In this document: positions 33,260 through 42,370 of the stretch, piece by piece
Position numbering within the stretch: the first letter of the stretch is position 1
How the letters are laid out: the number at the start of each line of letters is the position of its first letter
From: Anaerolineales bacterium
Lineage (GTDB): Bacteria > Chloroflexota > Anaerolineae > Anaerolineales > RBG-16-64-43
Reading direction: 5' to 3'
NCBI GenBank assembly: GCA_049516595.1
Contig: JBEKSY010000011.1
Coordinates: 25,063-89,062 of the forward strand
DNA: 64,000 bases
Notes under the pieces: generated by a model
Seen by the model: the letters and a program-made list of their open reading frames with translations, nothing else
The model's database searches: none
What the model was told of the DNA's origin: nothing
Translations under genes and position numbers: made by a program

Positions 33260-33946
33260 TCAGAGCAGCGCCTTCGCCTCCTTCCAGATGCGGTCGAACA
33301 TCGGCCGGGTGAGGCGCCCGGTCTGGGTGTTTTGACGGCTGGGATGATAGGAAGCAATCAGCCAGGGGAGCCCATCTCCCAGAGGATAGCGGGCGCCGTG
33401 GGCGAAAGCCAGCCTGCTGGTCTCAAAGCCCCGGTCGCGGTAGAGGCGCAAGATCTGGTCGAAGGCCATGCGCCCCAGGGCCACCAGGACCTGCAGGCGC
33501 GGCAGCCAGTCCATCTCCCTCTGAAGGAACGGCAGGCAATTGGTGATTTCCTGCGTCGTGGGTTTGTTCTCGGGAGGCGCGCACCGGCACAACGCGGAAA
33601 TGAACACGCGCTGCAAGGAAAGCCCATCTTCCCGCTCGGTCGAGGTCGGTTGGCTGGCCAGCCCAGCGCGATGCAAGGCCGCATACAGGAATTCCCCCGA
33701 GGCGTCGCCGGTGAACATCCGCCCGGTTCGGTTCGAACCGTGCGCGCCGGGCGCCAGGCCCACGGCCAGGATCCGGGCCTCCCGGTCGCCGAAGCCCGAG
33801 ACCGGTTTTCCCCAATAGGTCCAGTCTCGAAAAGCGCGGCGTTTGGTCCGGGCGACCTGCTCCCGCCAGCTCACGAGCCGCGGACACTTGCGACAGGCAA
33901 GGATCGTTTGATTGAGCTGATCCCATTCGGGGTTGAGCGAGGCCAT
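33260..33946 (-). CDS. Uracil-DNA glycosylase, family 4/5 (UdgB-like)
   Basis: CRKCPRL…GLAPGAHGSNRTGRMFTGD…SYHPSRQN. ATG at 33946 avoids overlap with the upstream gene. Confidence 0.85.
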   Translation of the reverse strand: MASLNPEWDQLNQTILACRKCPRLVSWREQVARTKRRAFRDWTYWGKPVSGFGDREARILAVGLAPGAHGSNRTGRMFTGDASGEFLYAALHRAGLASQPTSTEREDGLSLQRVFISALCRCAPPENKPTTQEITNCLPFLQREMDWLPRLQVLVALGRMAFDQILRLYRDRGFETSRLAFAHGARYPLGDGLPWLIASYHPSRQNTQTGRLTRPMFDRIWKEAKALL

Positions 33947-33965
33947 GGGCGGGATTGCGGGGGAT

Positions 33966-35045
33966 CTAGGACTCAAGGCAATAGGTGTAGTACTGACCCT
34001 CGCAGGGATTGCCCCAGGCGACGTGCATCTGCTTTTCGGTCAGGTCGATGATCATGGAGCAAATGGTCTTTTGGCGGTCCAGCGGGTTGTCGTCGATCGC
34101 CTCGTGGGAACAGACGGAATTGGGGTAGTTGACGTGATCCCGCAGGATCTCCTGCAGGGATTGGATGTTGTGGCGGGGGCGATGGCGCAGGAGCCGCTGG
34201 GCGCGGAAGTAGCGCACCCGCGAGCCGATCAGGAGGTCGGAGCTGCTCTCCAGGCGGGCCATGTGCCGGCTGAGGTAATGGTTCGTGTGGACCAGGTTCC
34301 CGTTTCCGGCATAGGCAATGGAGTGGTGGCGGGCCGACACCTCGACGTTATAGGCTTCGCCGCTGGAATGCACCAGGAAGTGGTTGTATCCGGCCGCGCG
34401 ATGAGGGGTGAGCGTAGTGTAGATGGCATCCGATATCGTGCGCGACGCAAGCACGCCGCGCGAAACAAAGATGCGGGGCACCCCCACGCGCACGTCGCTG
34501 GGGTACACCGAGTCGCAGCATTGAGCGATGCCGGCCGAGTTAAACCCGATGTTCGGGAGCAGCGCCCCGTAGGTCATGGCCAGGAAGGCCGGCTCCCCTT
34601 CGGGTTGGGCATGCACCAGGAACACCTCGTCCTCGTCCTCCGGGATCCAGTCTTCGTTGTGGGCGACCAGGACATGGCCATTCTGGCTGTGATCTTCGTT
34701 GACCATGAAGGTGGTGCAGCCCAACAGATGAAGGGCGTCGACCGTGATGGCCTCCAGACAGTTGAGCACCATGACCTCGTCGATTTCGACTTCGGCCCCC
34801 TCCGCCACAGCGCGCAGTTCCTCCAGGTAGCGGGGGGTGTGCTCCTGGCTGAAGGGTTCATACTTCCGGGCCTGAAGGAGGGCGTCCGTCCAGCTGAGGT
34901 GGACCTGGTCGTAGGTGGAATCGAGGAACTGGCGCACGTTGCCGATCATGCGCTTGATCGAGGCGCTGCGCTTGCGCCCCAGTTCCATGCCCATCTCCGT
35001 GGGCGTGCCGCCAATGCGGATTAGAGGAAGCTGTCCTTCATGCAT
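33966..35045 (-). CDS. Peptidase C45 / acyl-CoA:6-APA acyltransferase-like Ntn hydrolase
   Basis: …LHLLGCTTFMVNEDHSQNGHVLVAHNEDW… shows the nucleophile Cys and NEDW motifs typical of the C45 family. Confidence 0.75.
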   Translation of the reverse strand: MHEGQLPLIRIGGTPTEMGMELGRKRSASIKRMIGNVRQFLDSTYDQVHLSWTDALLQARKYEPFSQEHTPRYLEELRAVAEGAEVEIDEVMVLNCLEAITVDALHLLGCTTFMVNEDHSQNGHVLVAHNEDWIPEDEDEVFLVHAQPEGEPAFLAMTYGALLPNIGFNSAGIAQCCDSVYPSDVRVGVPRIFVSRGVLASRTISDAIYTTLTPHRAAGYNHFLVHSSGEAYNVEVSARHHSIAYAGNGNLVHTNHYLSRHMARLESSSDLLIGSRVRYFRAQRLLRHRPRHNIQSLQEILRDHVNYPNSVCSHEAIDDNPLDRQKTICSMIIDLTEKQMHVAWGNPCEGQYYTYCLES

Positions 35046-35521
35046 AACGTCTTGCCTTGTTGCAAAGAGTGCTGAGGGAAGGCGAGGCTGCGCAACAAGC
35101 AGTGGCGGGATTATACGGCCCGGAGAACCGCACGGTCAACAAGGGGCGGAACTAGCATTCTTGCGCTCCGGCGATGATACGCAAGATCGGTGGCATCGCC
35201 TGCTATTTGGGCCGAGACCCAAGCGACGGGAAAAGCATGCAGCTTCTGAGCAAATCGGCCGTGCGAGCAAAAGGGGGAGTTGGGTCCCGCAGGGGGCAAC
35301 CTGCAATCCTGCCGCCGTTTCTGGCGCTTTTCCTGCTCAGGACGATCGGGCAGTCAAATCATCATGAAGCGCCAAGGCTGCGGAACCAGGAAAGAACCTC
35401 CAAGCCCCAGACCCTGGCGTGGGTCGTCCTCTTAGCAATATTCTCCATATGTAGATCCTATTCCTCCGGCTTTATGATTGCCCCCGTCCAAGGTTGGCCC
35501 CAGGGTGAGGAGATCTTCCGG

Positions 35522-36370
35522 ATGGGTTGGATGTTCTGGCTCAGCACGTTGCCGGCGCTACTGATCGGACTTCGAGAGGGACTGGAGGCCGCCCTGGTCG
35601 TGGGCATTGTCTTGGGCGTGCTTGCGCGAGCAGGACGGCCACACTTAGCGGCTCCCGCTTGGCTGGGGGTTGGCTCGGCGGTAGCCGTGAGCGGGATCAC
35701 GGCGGCAATGCTCCAAGGGCTGGGGACGTCCTTGCAAGGGTCGTCCGAGGCGATCTTCGAAGCGCTCACGATGCTTTTGGCCGCGGCCTTGCTCAGCTGG
35801 ATGATCTTCTGGATGAGCCGCGTGGGAAAGAACCTCAGCTCCAGCTTGGCGGACGAGGCGCGCAGGGCCATCTCTCGGAAACAAGGCTGGGGGGTTTTTG
35901 CAATCACTTTCTTTTCCGTGCTGAGGGAGGGGGTCGAGACCGCGTTGTTCCTTGTCGCTGCGGCCTTCCGTGCCTCCCCGCAGGAGACGCTGGTCGGTGG
36001 AGGGTTGGGTTTGGCGCTGGCCGCCTGCCTCGGCTGGGGACTCTTTGCCACGGCGCTGCGCCTCAACCTGCGAAGCTTCTTTTCCGCAAGCGGCGCTCTG
36101 CTCTTGCTCTTCGCCGCGGGGCTGGTTGGCCACAGCATCCAAGAGTTCAACCAGGCCGGCTGGGTCCCGGCCATCATTGATCCCCTTTGGAATACGAACG
36201 GGTGGGTGAACGAGACCTCGTTCACGGGACAGATTCTCAAGGCTCTTTTCGGGTACAGCGGTTCGCCCTCCCTCACCCAGGTTCTGGCCTACCTGGTCTA
36301 CTTTGCCGGCGTATCCTTCGCGGTTCTGCGGGGCCGAGTGGGGGGAGCGCGCGAGGCGAAGCGCGCCTGA
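35522..36370 (+). CDS. FTR1/EfeU-family high-affinity iron permease
   Basis: Two REGxE motifs (LREGLEAAL and LREGVETAL) in TM segments. ATG 35522 is preceded by GGTGAGGAG. Confidence 0.85.
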   Translation: MGWMFWLSTLPALLIGLREGLEAALVVGIVLGVLARAGRPHLAAPAWLGVGSAVAVSGITAAMLQGLGTSLQGSSEAIFEALTMLLAAALLSWMIFWMSRVGKNLSSSLADEARRAISRKQGWGVFAITFFSVLREGVETALFLVAAAFRASPQETLVGGGLGLALAACLGWGLFATALRLNLRSFFSASGALLLLFAAGLVGHSIQEFNQAGWVPAIIDPLWNTNGWVNETSFTGQILKALFGYSGSPSLTQVLAYLVYFAGVSFAVLRGRVGGAREAKRA

Positions 36371-36396
36371 GCTTCCAAAGGACGGGAGGCGTAACC

Positions 36397-36420
36397 AGCA
36401 GATGGCCATCGCCATCTGCT
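36397..36420 (+). terminator. Perfect 10-bp hairpin just after the permease gene (terminator-like, weak U tract)
   Basis: AGCAGATGGC-CATC-GCCATCTGCT, starting 27 nt after the TGA at 36368..36370. It is followed only by TGT, so rho-independent function is uncertain. Confidence 0.4.
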
Positions 36421-37244
36421 TGTCGATGTACGCCCAGCATGGGCGCTGACTAGGAAGGTGAAAGTTCTTCCCGGGGGTTGATGGCACCAACCGTAGCCAA
36501 GGGCAAGGGCGTCGCCGCGAGGCGGGGTCCGGAGGAAGCCGGAGGCAAAACCGTGACCTGAGGGACACGAACCCGATCAGAGGCCGTGAGCTCGGACGAG
36601 TGGGCATCGGACCACGAAGTCCAGGCCATCAAGGGGCAAAGCGGTAAATCGGGCAGGGATGCGGGGACAGCCAACGCTCTTATCTGGGGAGACCTGTCGC
36701 TATGCCAAGATACATGGCAACCTCGGCTGAGAAGCCGGGCTGAAGCGACAGGGGTCAGCCGAGGCCATAGTACCGGTTAGGTCGCAGGTATCCACCGGGA
36801 AGGGCCGAACGGTGAATGTGCCTGGAGTGGAAAGTTCGTGGAACGAACAAAGAAGGCCGCTTTCCCCGAATGGGGATACTGCTGGTGGGGCGAAGGCGGT
36901 GAAGCCGCTGGGCTCCTGCCAGAGGGCCGAGTCGTTCCCGGCACGGACCGCTAACAAGGGCTCGAGGGCTAAGGCTCGTTTGGTGCCCTGACGTTCACCG
37001 AACCGCCGGATGCGGACCCGCATGTCCGGTGGTGTGAGAGGGGGAGCGGGCGACCTGCTCTCCCTACTCAATTGTTTCCGCAGCGAGCCCCAGGCGGGTG
37101 GTCGTGATCTCCACCCGCCGTTCGCAACTTGCGAGCCGCTTTCTTTCAGAAGGCGCCATGTCCTCGGGCTGGATCGGGGCCGTTTCACCGACAGGCTTCT
37201 CGAGTCGACGGCTCGAACTTTCCGGGATCTGAAATGGGCTATGA

Positions 37245-38150
37245 TTGCGGAGTGCCTGCTATCCTGACCACCTCGGCCCGGATAAGCAGGGAGCCCCGCT
37301 TTTGGCCTTGAGCAGCCCGCGCTTGATCAGACGCCTCAGGTTCCTCCACATCCCGCGGACGGCCGGCACGACGTTCACGCAGATCCTGCTGCGCCAGTAC
37401 CGCGGCAAGGCGCGTTTCCAGTTCACGGGCGAGATCGGCGACGACGTGCGCCGGTATAACGATCTTTCGGAAAGCGAGAGAGAGAACGTGTTCCTGTTCA
37501 TCGGTCACGCGCCCATCGCGACCGGGGTACCCGCAGCAGACGGGGCGACGGTGATCACCTTCCTCAGGGATCCGATCGCGCGCGTCAGGTCCTTTTGCCA
37601 GCATGTCTACGCGGGCAAGGTTCTCTATCTGAGGGATGAATTCCCGCCCGAGTCATTCGATCTCGGCCGATTCCTGAGGAGCGGCAAGGGAGAACTGTCC
37701 AACCTGCAAACCAAGATGCTGATCAATCGGGGCGTGGTTGGCTCCCCCTACCTGATCGAGAAGATGTCTGCTTCCGGCGCGAGAGACCTGGCCCTCGAGA
37801 ACCTCCTGCACAGGATCGCTGGCTACGGCCTCCAAGAGCGTTTTGATGAGAGTGTCATCGCCTTCAGCGCCATGCTGAATTGGAGCATCCCCGTGTACGT
37901 CTCCGTCAACCGGAGCGCCTCTTCCGGTAGGCTTGAATTCGAACCACGTCATCTTGAGCAGATAGCCGCGCTCAATGCGATAGACGCCGAGGTATACGAA
38001 ACGGCGAAGGTCAGATTCGCCAATGCTCAGCGCGATCGTCGATTCATCCAGGGCAGGCTGGCGATGTTCCGGCTCATCCGGCGGCTATTTGCCGCGCGGG
38101 TGAGTGCGGCATCCCGAATCCGGGGGAGAACCCCCTCGGATGGCCGCTGA
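37245..38150 (+). CDS. Sulfotransferase (HIP.TGGT-type family, distinct from the 128-1756 pair)
   Basis: N-terminal LRFLHIPRTAGTTFTQIL (a FxHIPKTGGT-like PAPS loop). The ORF start is a TTG; the true start is uncertain. Confidence 0.75.
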   Translation: MRSACYPDHLGPDKQGAPLLALSSPRLIRRLRFLHIPRTAGTTFTQILLRQYRGKARFQFTGEIGDDVRRYNDLSESERENVFLFIGHAPIATGVPAADGATVITFLRDPIARVRSFCQHVYAGKVLYLRDEFPPESFDLGRFLRSGKGELSNLQTKMLINRGVVGSPYLIEKMSASGARDLALENLLHRIAGYGLQERFDESVIAFSAMLNWSIPVYVSVNRSASSGRLEFEPRHLEQIAALNAIDAEVYETAKVRFANAQRDRRFIQGRLAMFRLIRRLFAARVSAASRIRGRTPSDGR

Positions 38151-38231
38151 CCCTCTAATCACCGCATAATCGTGGAGCCGAGCAAAGCTCATGTCCGGCC
38201 ACCTTATTCAGTTTGGTTGAAGGACGCGACG

Positions 38232-38744
38232 CTAGGGGTTTACGGCCTGCAGATAGTTTTGGACGGCCCAACCCTTGCGGGTGGGATCATACAGGCCCTG
38301 CAAGTACCACCAGGTGTAGCCGTCCGCCCGCTCGGGGCCCTGCTGAACCGAGAACACCTCGTTGTCGCCCACCACCAGGAGGATGCCCCCTTTCAGGCTG
38401 GGCTTGTCGCGCAGCCGCAAGCCGTCGCTGCCCGTACCCACCACCTGGACAGACCCGCCTACCCCCAGGACCCCGGGACCCGGTGTCGGCGGGACCGCGC
38501 TCGGGGTGGCTTCAAGCGGAACTGGGCTCGCCCCGGGGGTCAAACTGGGCGGCGGATAGACGGTGAATTGCGGGGGAACGACCTGGGCCGAGCTCGAGGG
38601 AAGCGGGAGAGCGAGAAAGAGCGCCCACCCCAGGATCGCCAGCAGGAGCCCGACAAGACCTCCCAGAGGCCACTGCCACCAAGGAAAGAGCGGAGGACGA
38701 GCCGGGCGGCCAGAGCCTTGCGGATCGGTCGGAGAAGAGGGCAT
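38232..38744 (-). CDS. Membrane-anchored bacterial SH3-domain protein
   Basis: One TM segment (WPLGGLVGLLLAILGWALFLAL), a Pro-rich linker, and a C-terminal SH3b-like VQVVGTGSDGLRLRDKPS…GPERADGYTWWYLQG…GWAVQNYL. Confidence 0.7.
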   Translation of the reverse strand: MPSSPTDPQGSGRPARPPLFPWWQWPLGGLVGLLLAILGWALFLALPLPSSSAQVVPPQFTVYPPPSLTPGASPVPLEATPSAVPPTPGPGVLGVGGSVQVVGTGSDGLRLRDKPSLKGGILLVVGDNEVFSVQQGPERADGYTWWYLQGLYDPTRKGWAVQNYLQAVNP

Positions 38745-38752
38745 GGGGCTGA

Positions 38753-40486
38753 TCACCGGCCCTTCGGCTGGCGCCGCTTGAGCCAATCCTGGATCTTCCC
38801 GGTTTTCCAGGCTGTTACCACCTCCTTGCGGGTGAGCCAGGCGCGTCGGGCGACCCCGACGCCATATTCACGCAGGGCGAACTCCTGTGGGCTGTGAGCG
38901 TCCGTGTTGATGGCCAGGAGGCAGCCGAGCTCCGCCGCTCGCCGTGCGTGGGCATCATTCAAATCGAGGCGGGCCGGGTTGGCGTCGATCTCCATCGTCA
39001 CTTTCCGCTCGGACGCCTCCTTCAGGATGGCTTCCATGTCCAGGTCGGCCGGCTCCCGATCCGGGATCAACCGGCCGGAAGGATGCGCGACCAGATGTAC
39101 GTACGGGTTGCGGATGGCCCGCAGCATCCTTTCGGTGATGTGCTCGCGTCCTTGCCGGAGCGAGGTGTGGACCGCGGCGATCACCAGGTCCAGCTCGGCC
39201 AGGACCTCATCCGGGTAGTCCAGGGCTCCATCGGCCCGCACCTCCACCTCGGATCCCTGCAGGAGGAGGATGGAGTCGCCGAGCTTGCGTTGGACGCCCT
39301 GGATTTCCTTCCTCTGTTCGCGCAGCCGGGCCGGGCTGAGGCCATTGGCAACCCCCAGGCTCTGGGAGTGATCGGTGATGGCCAGGACCTTGAGACCCAA
39401 ATCGCGGGCCGACTGAGCCATTTCGAGAATGCTGGCACGCCCGTCGCTCCAGGTGCTGTGCGTGTGCAGGTCGGAGGTCATCTGGGAGAGCTCCAGCAGG
39501 GAAGGGAGCTTCCCCGCCAGGGCGGCCTCGATCTCGCCTCGATCCTCGCGCAGCTCGGGAGCAATCCAGGGCAGTTTCAGGTGCTCGTACACCTCGGCCT
39601 CCGAGGCGCAAAGGATTTCCTTGCCGTTCTTGCGCGTCAAGGCATGTTCCGAAAGGGACAGCCCCAGGCTGAGGGCGCGTTCGCGCAGTCGAACGTTGTG
39701 CTCCTTGGACCCGGTGGCATACTGGAGCGCGGTGCCGAAGCGCTCGGGCGGGTGCACCCAGAGCTGGGCGCGAATGCCTCCCTTGAGCTCGACCGAGGCC
39801 TTGGTCTGGCCCCGGGCAATGACATGGGTCACCAGGGGATCCTGGCTGAAGAGGGCCAGGACCTCCTTCGGGTCGCTGCTGGCGGCCAGGAGATCCAGGT
39901 CCCCCACGGTTTCCTTCCGCCGCCGCAGGCTGCCCGCGGGTTCGGCCGCCCGCACCGCGCCCTGTTGGCGCAGCCGCTCGAGCAGCTCCTGCGCCAGCGG
40001 CCAGGCCGTGCCGATGGGGAGGCGATCCGTGCGGCGCGCGAGCGCCTCGATCCCGGTCAGGATGTTCTTCTCCACCCCAGGGCCCAGGCCTCGGACGGTG
40101 CGAAGCTTCCCGGCGCGGGCCGCCTTCTCCAGCCCGCGCAGGTCCGTGATGCGGAGTTCCTTCCAAAAGAGGGCAGCGCGCTTGGGTCCGACCCCAGTGA
40201 CCTGAAGCAGCTCGAGCAGACTGGGCGGGACCGCCTTGCGCGTCCGCTCCAGCGCTTCCATCTTTCCACTCGAGAGCAGCTGTTCGATCTTCTCGGCAAT
40301 CGCCTGGCCCACCCCCGGGATCTCCTGGAGTTCCCCCGCTTGGGCGATCTCCTCCAGGTCGCGCCCCAAGCCGCGGATCGTTTCGGCGGCGCGTCGATAG
40401 GCGTTCACCCGAAATGAGCTTTCGCCCTGGATGGCGAGCAAATCAGCGAGTTCGTCGAACTTCGCGGCGACCGCTTGGTTGTCCAT
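38753..40486 (-). CDS. polX: DNA polymerase X with C-terminal PHP domain
   Basis: MDNQAVAAKFDELADLLAIQGESSFRVNAYRRAA… (PolX N-terminus), HhH GVGPKRAALF, and PHP DLHTHSTWSDG…AITDH. ATG at 40486. Confidence 0.9.
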   Translation of the reverse strand: MDNQAVAAKFDELADLLAIQGESSFRVNAYRRAAETIRGLGRDLEEIAQAGELQEIPGVGQAIAEKIEQLLSSGKMEALERTRKAVPPSLLELLQVTGVGPKRAALFWKELRITDLRGLEKAARAGKLRTVRGLGPGVEKNILTGIEALARRTDRLPIGTAWPLAQELLERLRQQGAVRAAEPAGSLRRRKETVGDLDLLAASSDPKEVLALFSQDPLVTHVIARGQTKASVELKGGIRAQLWVHPPERFGTALQYATGSKEHNVRLRERALSLGLSLSEHALTRKNGKEILCASEAEVYEHLKLPWIAPELREDRGEIEAALAGKLPSLLELSQMTSDLHTHSTWSDGRASILEMAQSARDLGLKVLAITDHSQSLGVANGLSPARLREQRKEIQGVQRKLGDSILLLQGSEVEVRADGALDYPDEVLAELDLVIAAVHTSLRQGREHITERMLRAIRNPYVHLVAHPSGRLIPDREPADLDMEAILKEASERKVTMEIDANPARLDLNDAHARRAAELGCLLAINTDAHSPQEFALREYGVGVARRAWLTRKEVVTAWKTGKIQDWLKRRQPKGR

Positions 40487-40542
40487 GGTTGATGACACGA
40501 GCCTGTGGGGTGTGCTATGCTCCGTGGCGAGGCGAGGTGGGC

Positions 40543-41613
40543 ATGATCGAGATCGTCGGCAACCTTCACATCCACACGCCGTATTCCGACGGCGCATTGT
40601 ATCACGCGGACCTGGCCCGCATCGCGCTGGAGCAGGGGCTGGACTTCATTGTGGTCACGGACCACAACGTATGGGTTCAGGGCCTGGAAGGTTACCGCAG
40701 CACACCGGACGGCCGCCGTCTGCTTCTACTGGTGGGGGAGGAGATTCACGATCGGCAGCGCGAGCCCCAAAAGAATCACCTCCTGGCGCTGGGAGCCGAG
40801 CGCGAGCTAGCCAACCTGGCGCACGACCCACAGCTCTTGATCGACGGGGTGAAGGCGGCCGGAGGGGTGGCGTTCCTGGCGCATCCCTTTGAACGGCCGG
40901 GGCCCGCAATCGGGGAGGGGGATCTGAGCTGGGTGAGCTGGGAGGTCACCGGGCAGGCTGGCTTCGAGCTGTGGAACTACATGAGTGAGTTCAAGGCCCT
41001 GCTGCGATCCTGGCCTCGTACCATCCTGTACGTGCTCTTCCCTTCGCTCGGGATCCGCGCCCCGTTTCCCGAGACCCTCGCCAAATGGGATCAGCTTCTC
41101 TCGCAGGGAAAGCGGGTGGCTGTCTTTGGGGGCACGGATTCGCACGGCCTGGTCTTCGGATCCGGGGTCTGGAAGGTCGTGGTCTTTCCGTACGAGTACC
41201 TGTTCCGGACCGTCAACACTCACCTGCTGATCGCTGATCCGCTCCGCGGCGAGGCGGGCGGCGATCGAAGGACGATCCTGGAGGCCCTGGCCCACGGGGC
41301 CAGCTGGGTCGCCTACGACCTGCCCGGGTCGACCCGTGGCTTCCGCTTTTGGGCAGAGGCCGGAAAGGCCCAGGCGAGCCTGGGCGGTGAGATTGCCCTT
41401 GCGGCAGGCCAATGCGTGTTGCGAGCGGAGCTCCCGCGCAGGGCCAGAATCGAGGTCCAGCGGGCCGGGCAGGGGCTGGTATTTGCAGGGGAAGGGCAGG
41501 AGATGCAACAGCCTGTCCAGGAGCCGGGGCCGTACCGCCTGCAAGCTTGGATTCGCTTTCGGGGAAAGGAACGAGGCTGGATCTTCTCCAATCCGATCTA
41601 CGTCCGGCCCTGA
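40543..41613 (+). CDS. PHP-domain metallohydrolase (CehA/McbA-like)
   Basis: MIEIVGNLHIHTPYSDGALYH…FIVVTDHN…AHPF. Divergent from polX, with 56 nt between the two starts. Confidence 0.8.
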   Translation: MIEIVGNLHIHTPYSDGALYHADLARIALEQGLDFIVVTDHNVWVQGLEGYRSTPDGRRLLLLVGEEIHDRQREPQKNHLLALGAERELANLAHDPQLLIDGVKAAGGVAFLAHPFERPGPAIGEGDLSWVSWEVTGQAGFELWNYMSEFKALLRSWPRTILYVLFPSLGIRAPFPETLAKWDQLLSQGKRVAVFGGTDSHGLVFGSGVWKVVVFPYEYLFRTVNTHLLIADPLRGEAGGDRRTILEALAHGASWVAYDLPGSTRGFRFWAEAGKAQASLGGEIALAAGQCVLRAELPRRARIEVQRAGQGLVFAGEGQEMQQPVQEPGPYRLQAWIRFRGKERGWIFSNPIYVRP

Positions 41614-41750
41614 CAAAGGGGACCCAAGGATCGACCGGGCCGGGTTGTCCTGGGGATTTGGCTCCCTCGCCTCGAGGGTTTATAATGCGGGCAGACGGGG
41701 GTGAAGGTGCCCCCGGCAAGGTTGCGCGAAGGGGTTCAGCGCAGGAGGTG

Positions 41751-41984
41751 ATGACTATGCCTGAGACGTCCAAGAGCGACAAATCCCATGATCGATTCAT
41801 CCCAGCCGAGGCCAGGGAGCATCTGAAAGCAGCCGGGGAGGAGATGCGCAAGAGCATCGAGGCCTTCTTCCCGCCTGAGCTGGCCGACCATCGGCGCACG
41901 GCGCGCAAAGAAGCGTTGCTCGCCGCTCGCAGCATCATCGACGCCGCCTTGGTGCGCATGGAGGAGCGGGCGAAGAAGAGCTAG
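41751..41984 (+). CDS. Small hypothetical protein (77 aa)
   Basis: ATG 41751 directly follows GCAGGAGGTG. The ORF is followed by a canonical terminator at 42022..42051. Confidence 0.55.
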   Translation: MTMPETSKSDKSHDRFIPAEAREHLKAAGEEMRKSIEAFFPPELADHRRTARKEALLAARSIIDAALVRMEERAKKS

Positions 41985-42021
41985 CCCAAACCAAGAGGCG
42001 TCTCCGTTTCGGAGCTTGCAA

Positions 42022-42051
42022 GGCCGGGCACCAGCCCGGCCTTTTCAATTT
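42022..42051 (+). terminator. Rho-independent terminator
   Basis: GGCCGGGC-ACCA-GCCCGGCC followed by TTTTCAATTT. Confidence 0.75.
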
Positions 42052-42239
42052 CTCTCCTGGCGGGAGGGGAGCCCGGTTGCGAGGAGGCTCCACCCGCTGG
42101 AGGCCTTCCCGGATTGGGCGGGCGGATCCTGGCGCATTCCCTGGGTGGCTCTCGAGGGGCCAGGGGCCAGCCGTTCGAAATCGGAGCCCCTCTGCTAGAT
42201 TTCTTTGGCATACCGTTTAGAAGGTTGTAAAGTTGGGTA

Positions 42240-42272
42240 TGGACAATTTGGCGTTACAGGGTAATAATTGTC
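42240..42272 (+). promoter_or_regulatory. Candidate cox promoter overlapped by an 8-bp inverted repeat
   Basis: TGGACA (42240..42245), a 16-17 nt spacer, then TAATAAT (42262..42268) in an AT-rich patch. GGACAATT (42241..42248) and AATTGTCC (42265..42272) are exact inverted repeats. Confidence 0.4.
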
Positions 42273-42370
42273 CGGCTTGACCTTCCACAGGGTCTGGCAG
42301 CCTGCTCTCAGCAGGTCATGGCAAAGGGGACGTGGAGCGGATGGCTCGGTCCCCTGGGAGGACACTCTCA

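Noticed and set aside
36450-36850. Resemblance of short strings to known RNAs: GGTCCGGAGGAAGCC (SRP domain IV), CTGAGG…GAACCCGATC (TPP riboswitch), GGGAAGGGCC…GGTGAATGTGCC (cobalamin) and GAGTGGAAAGTTCG / ACAG…CTTATC (RNase P CR-I/CR-V).
   Set aside because: Each match is partial. Key invariant parts are absent: the GGAA tetraloop context, the B12 box GCCACTG, and the TPP pyrimidine-sensor helix. The RNase P-like strings are also in the wrong order. No family assignment is justified.
37000-37040. The hairpin CCGGATGCG-GACC-CGCATGTCCGG, with a 2-nt bulge on its 3' strand, resembles group II intron domain V.
   Set aside because: The loop is not GNRA, there is no AGC catalytic triad in the right place, and there are no 5' GUGYG or domain VI features. 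No RT ORF lies nearby.
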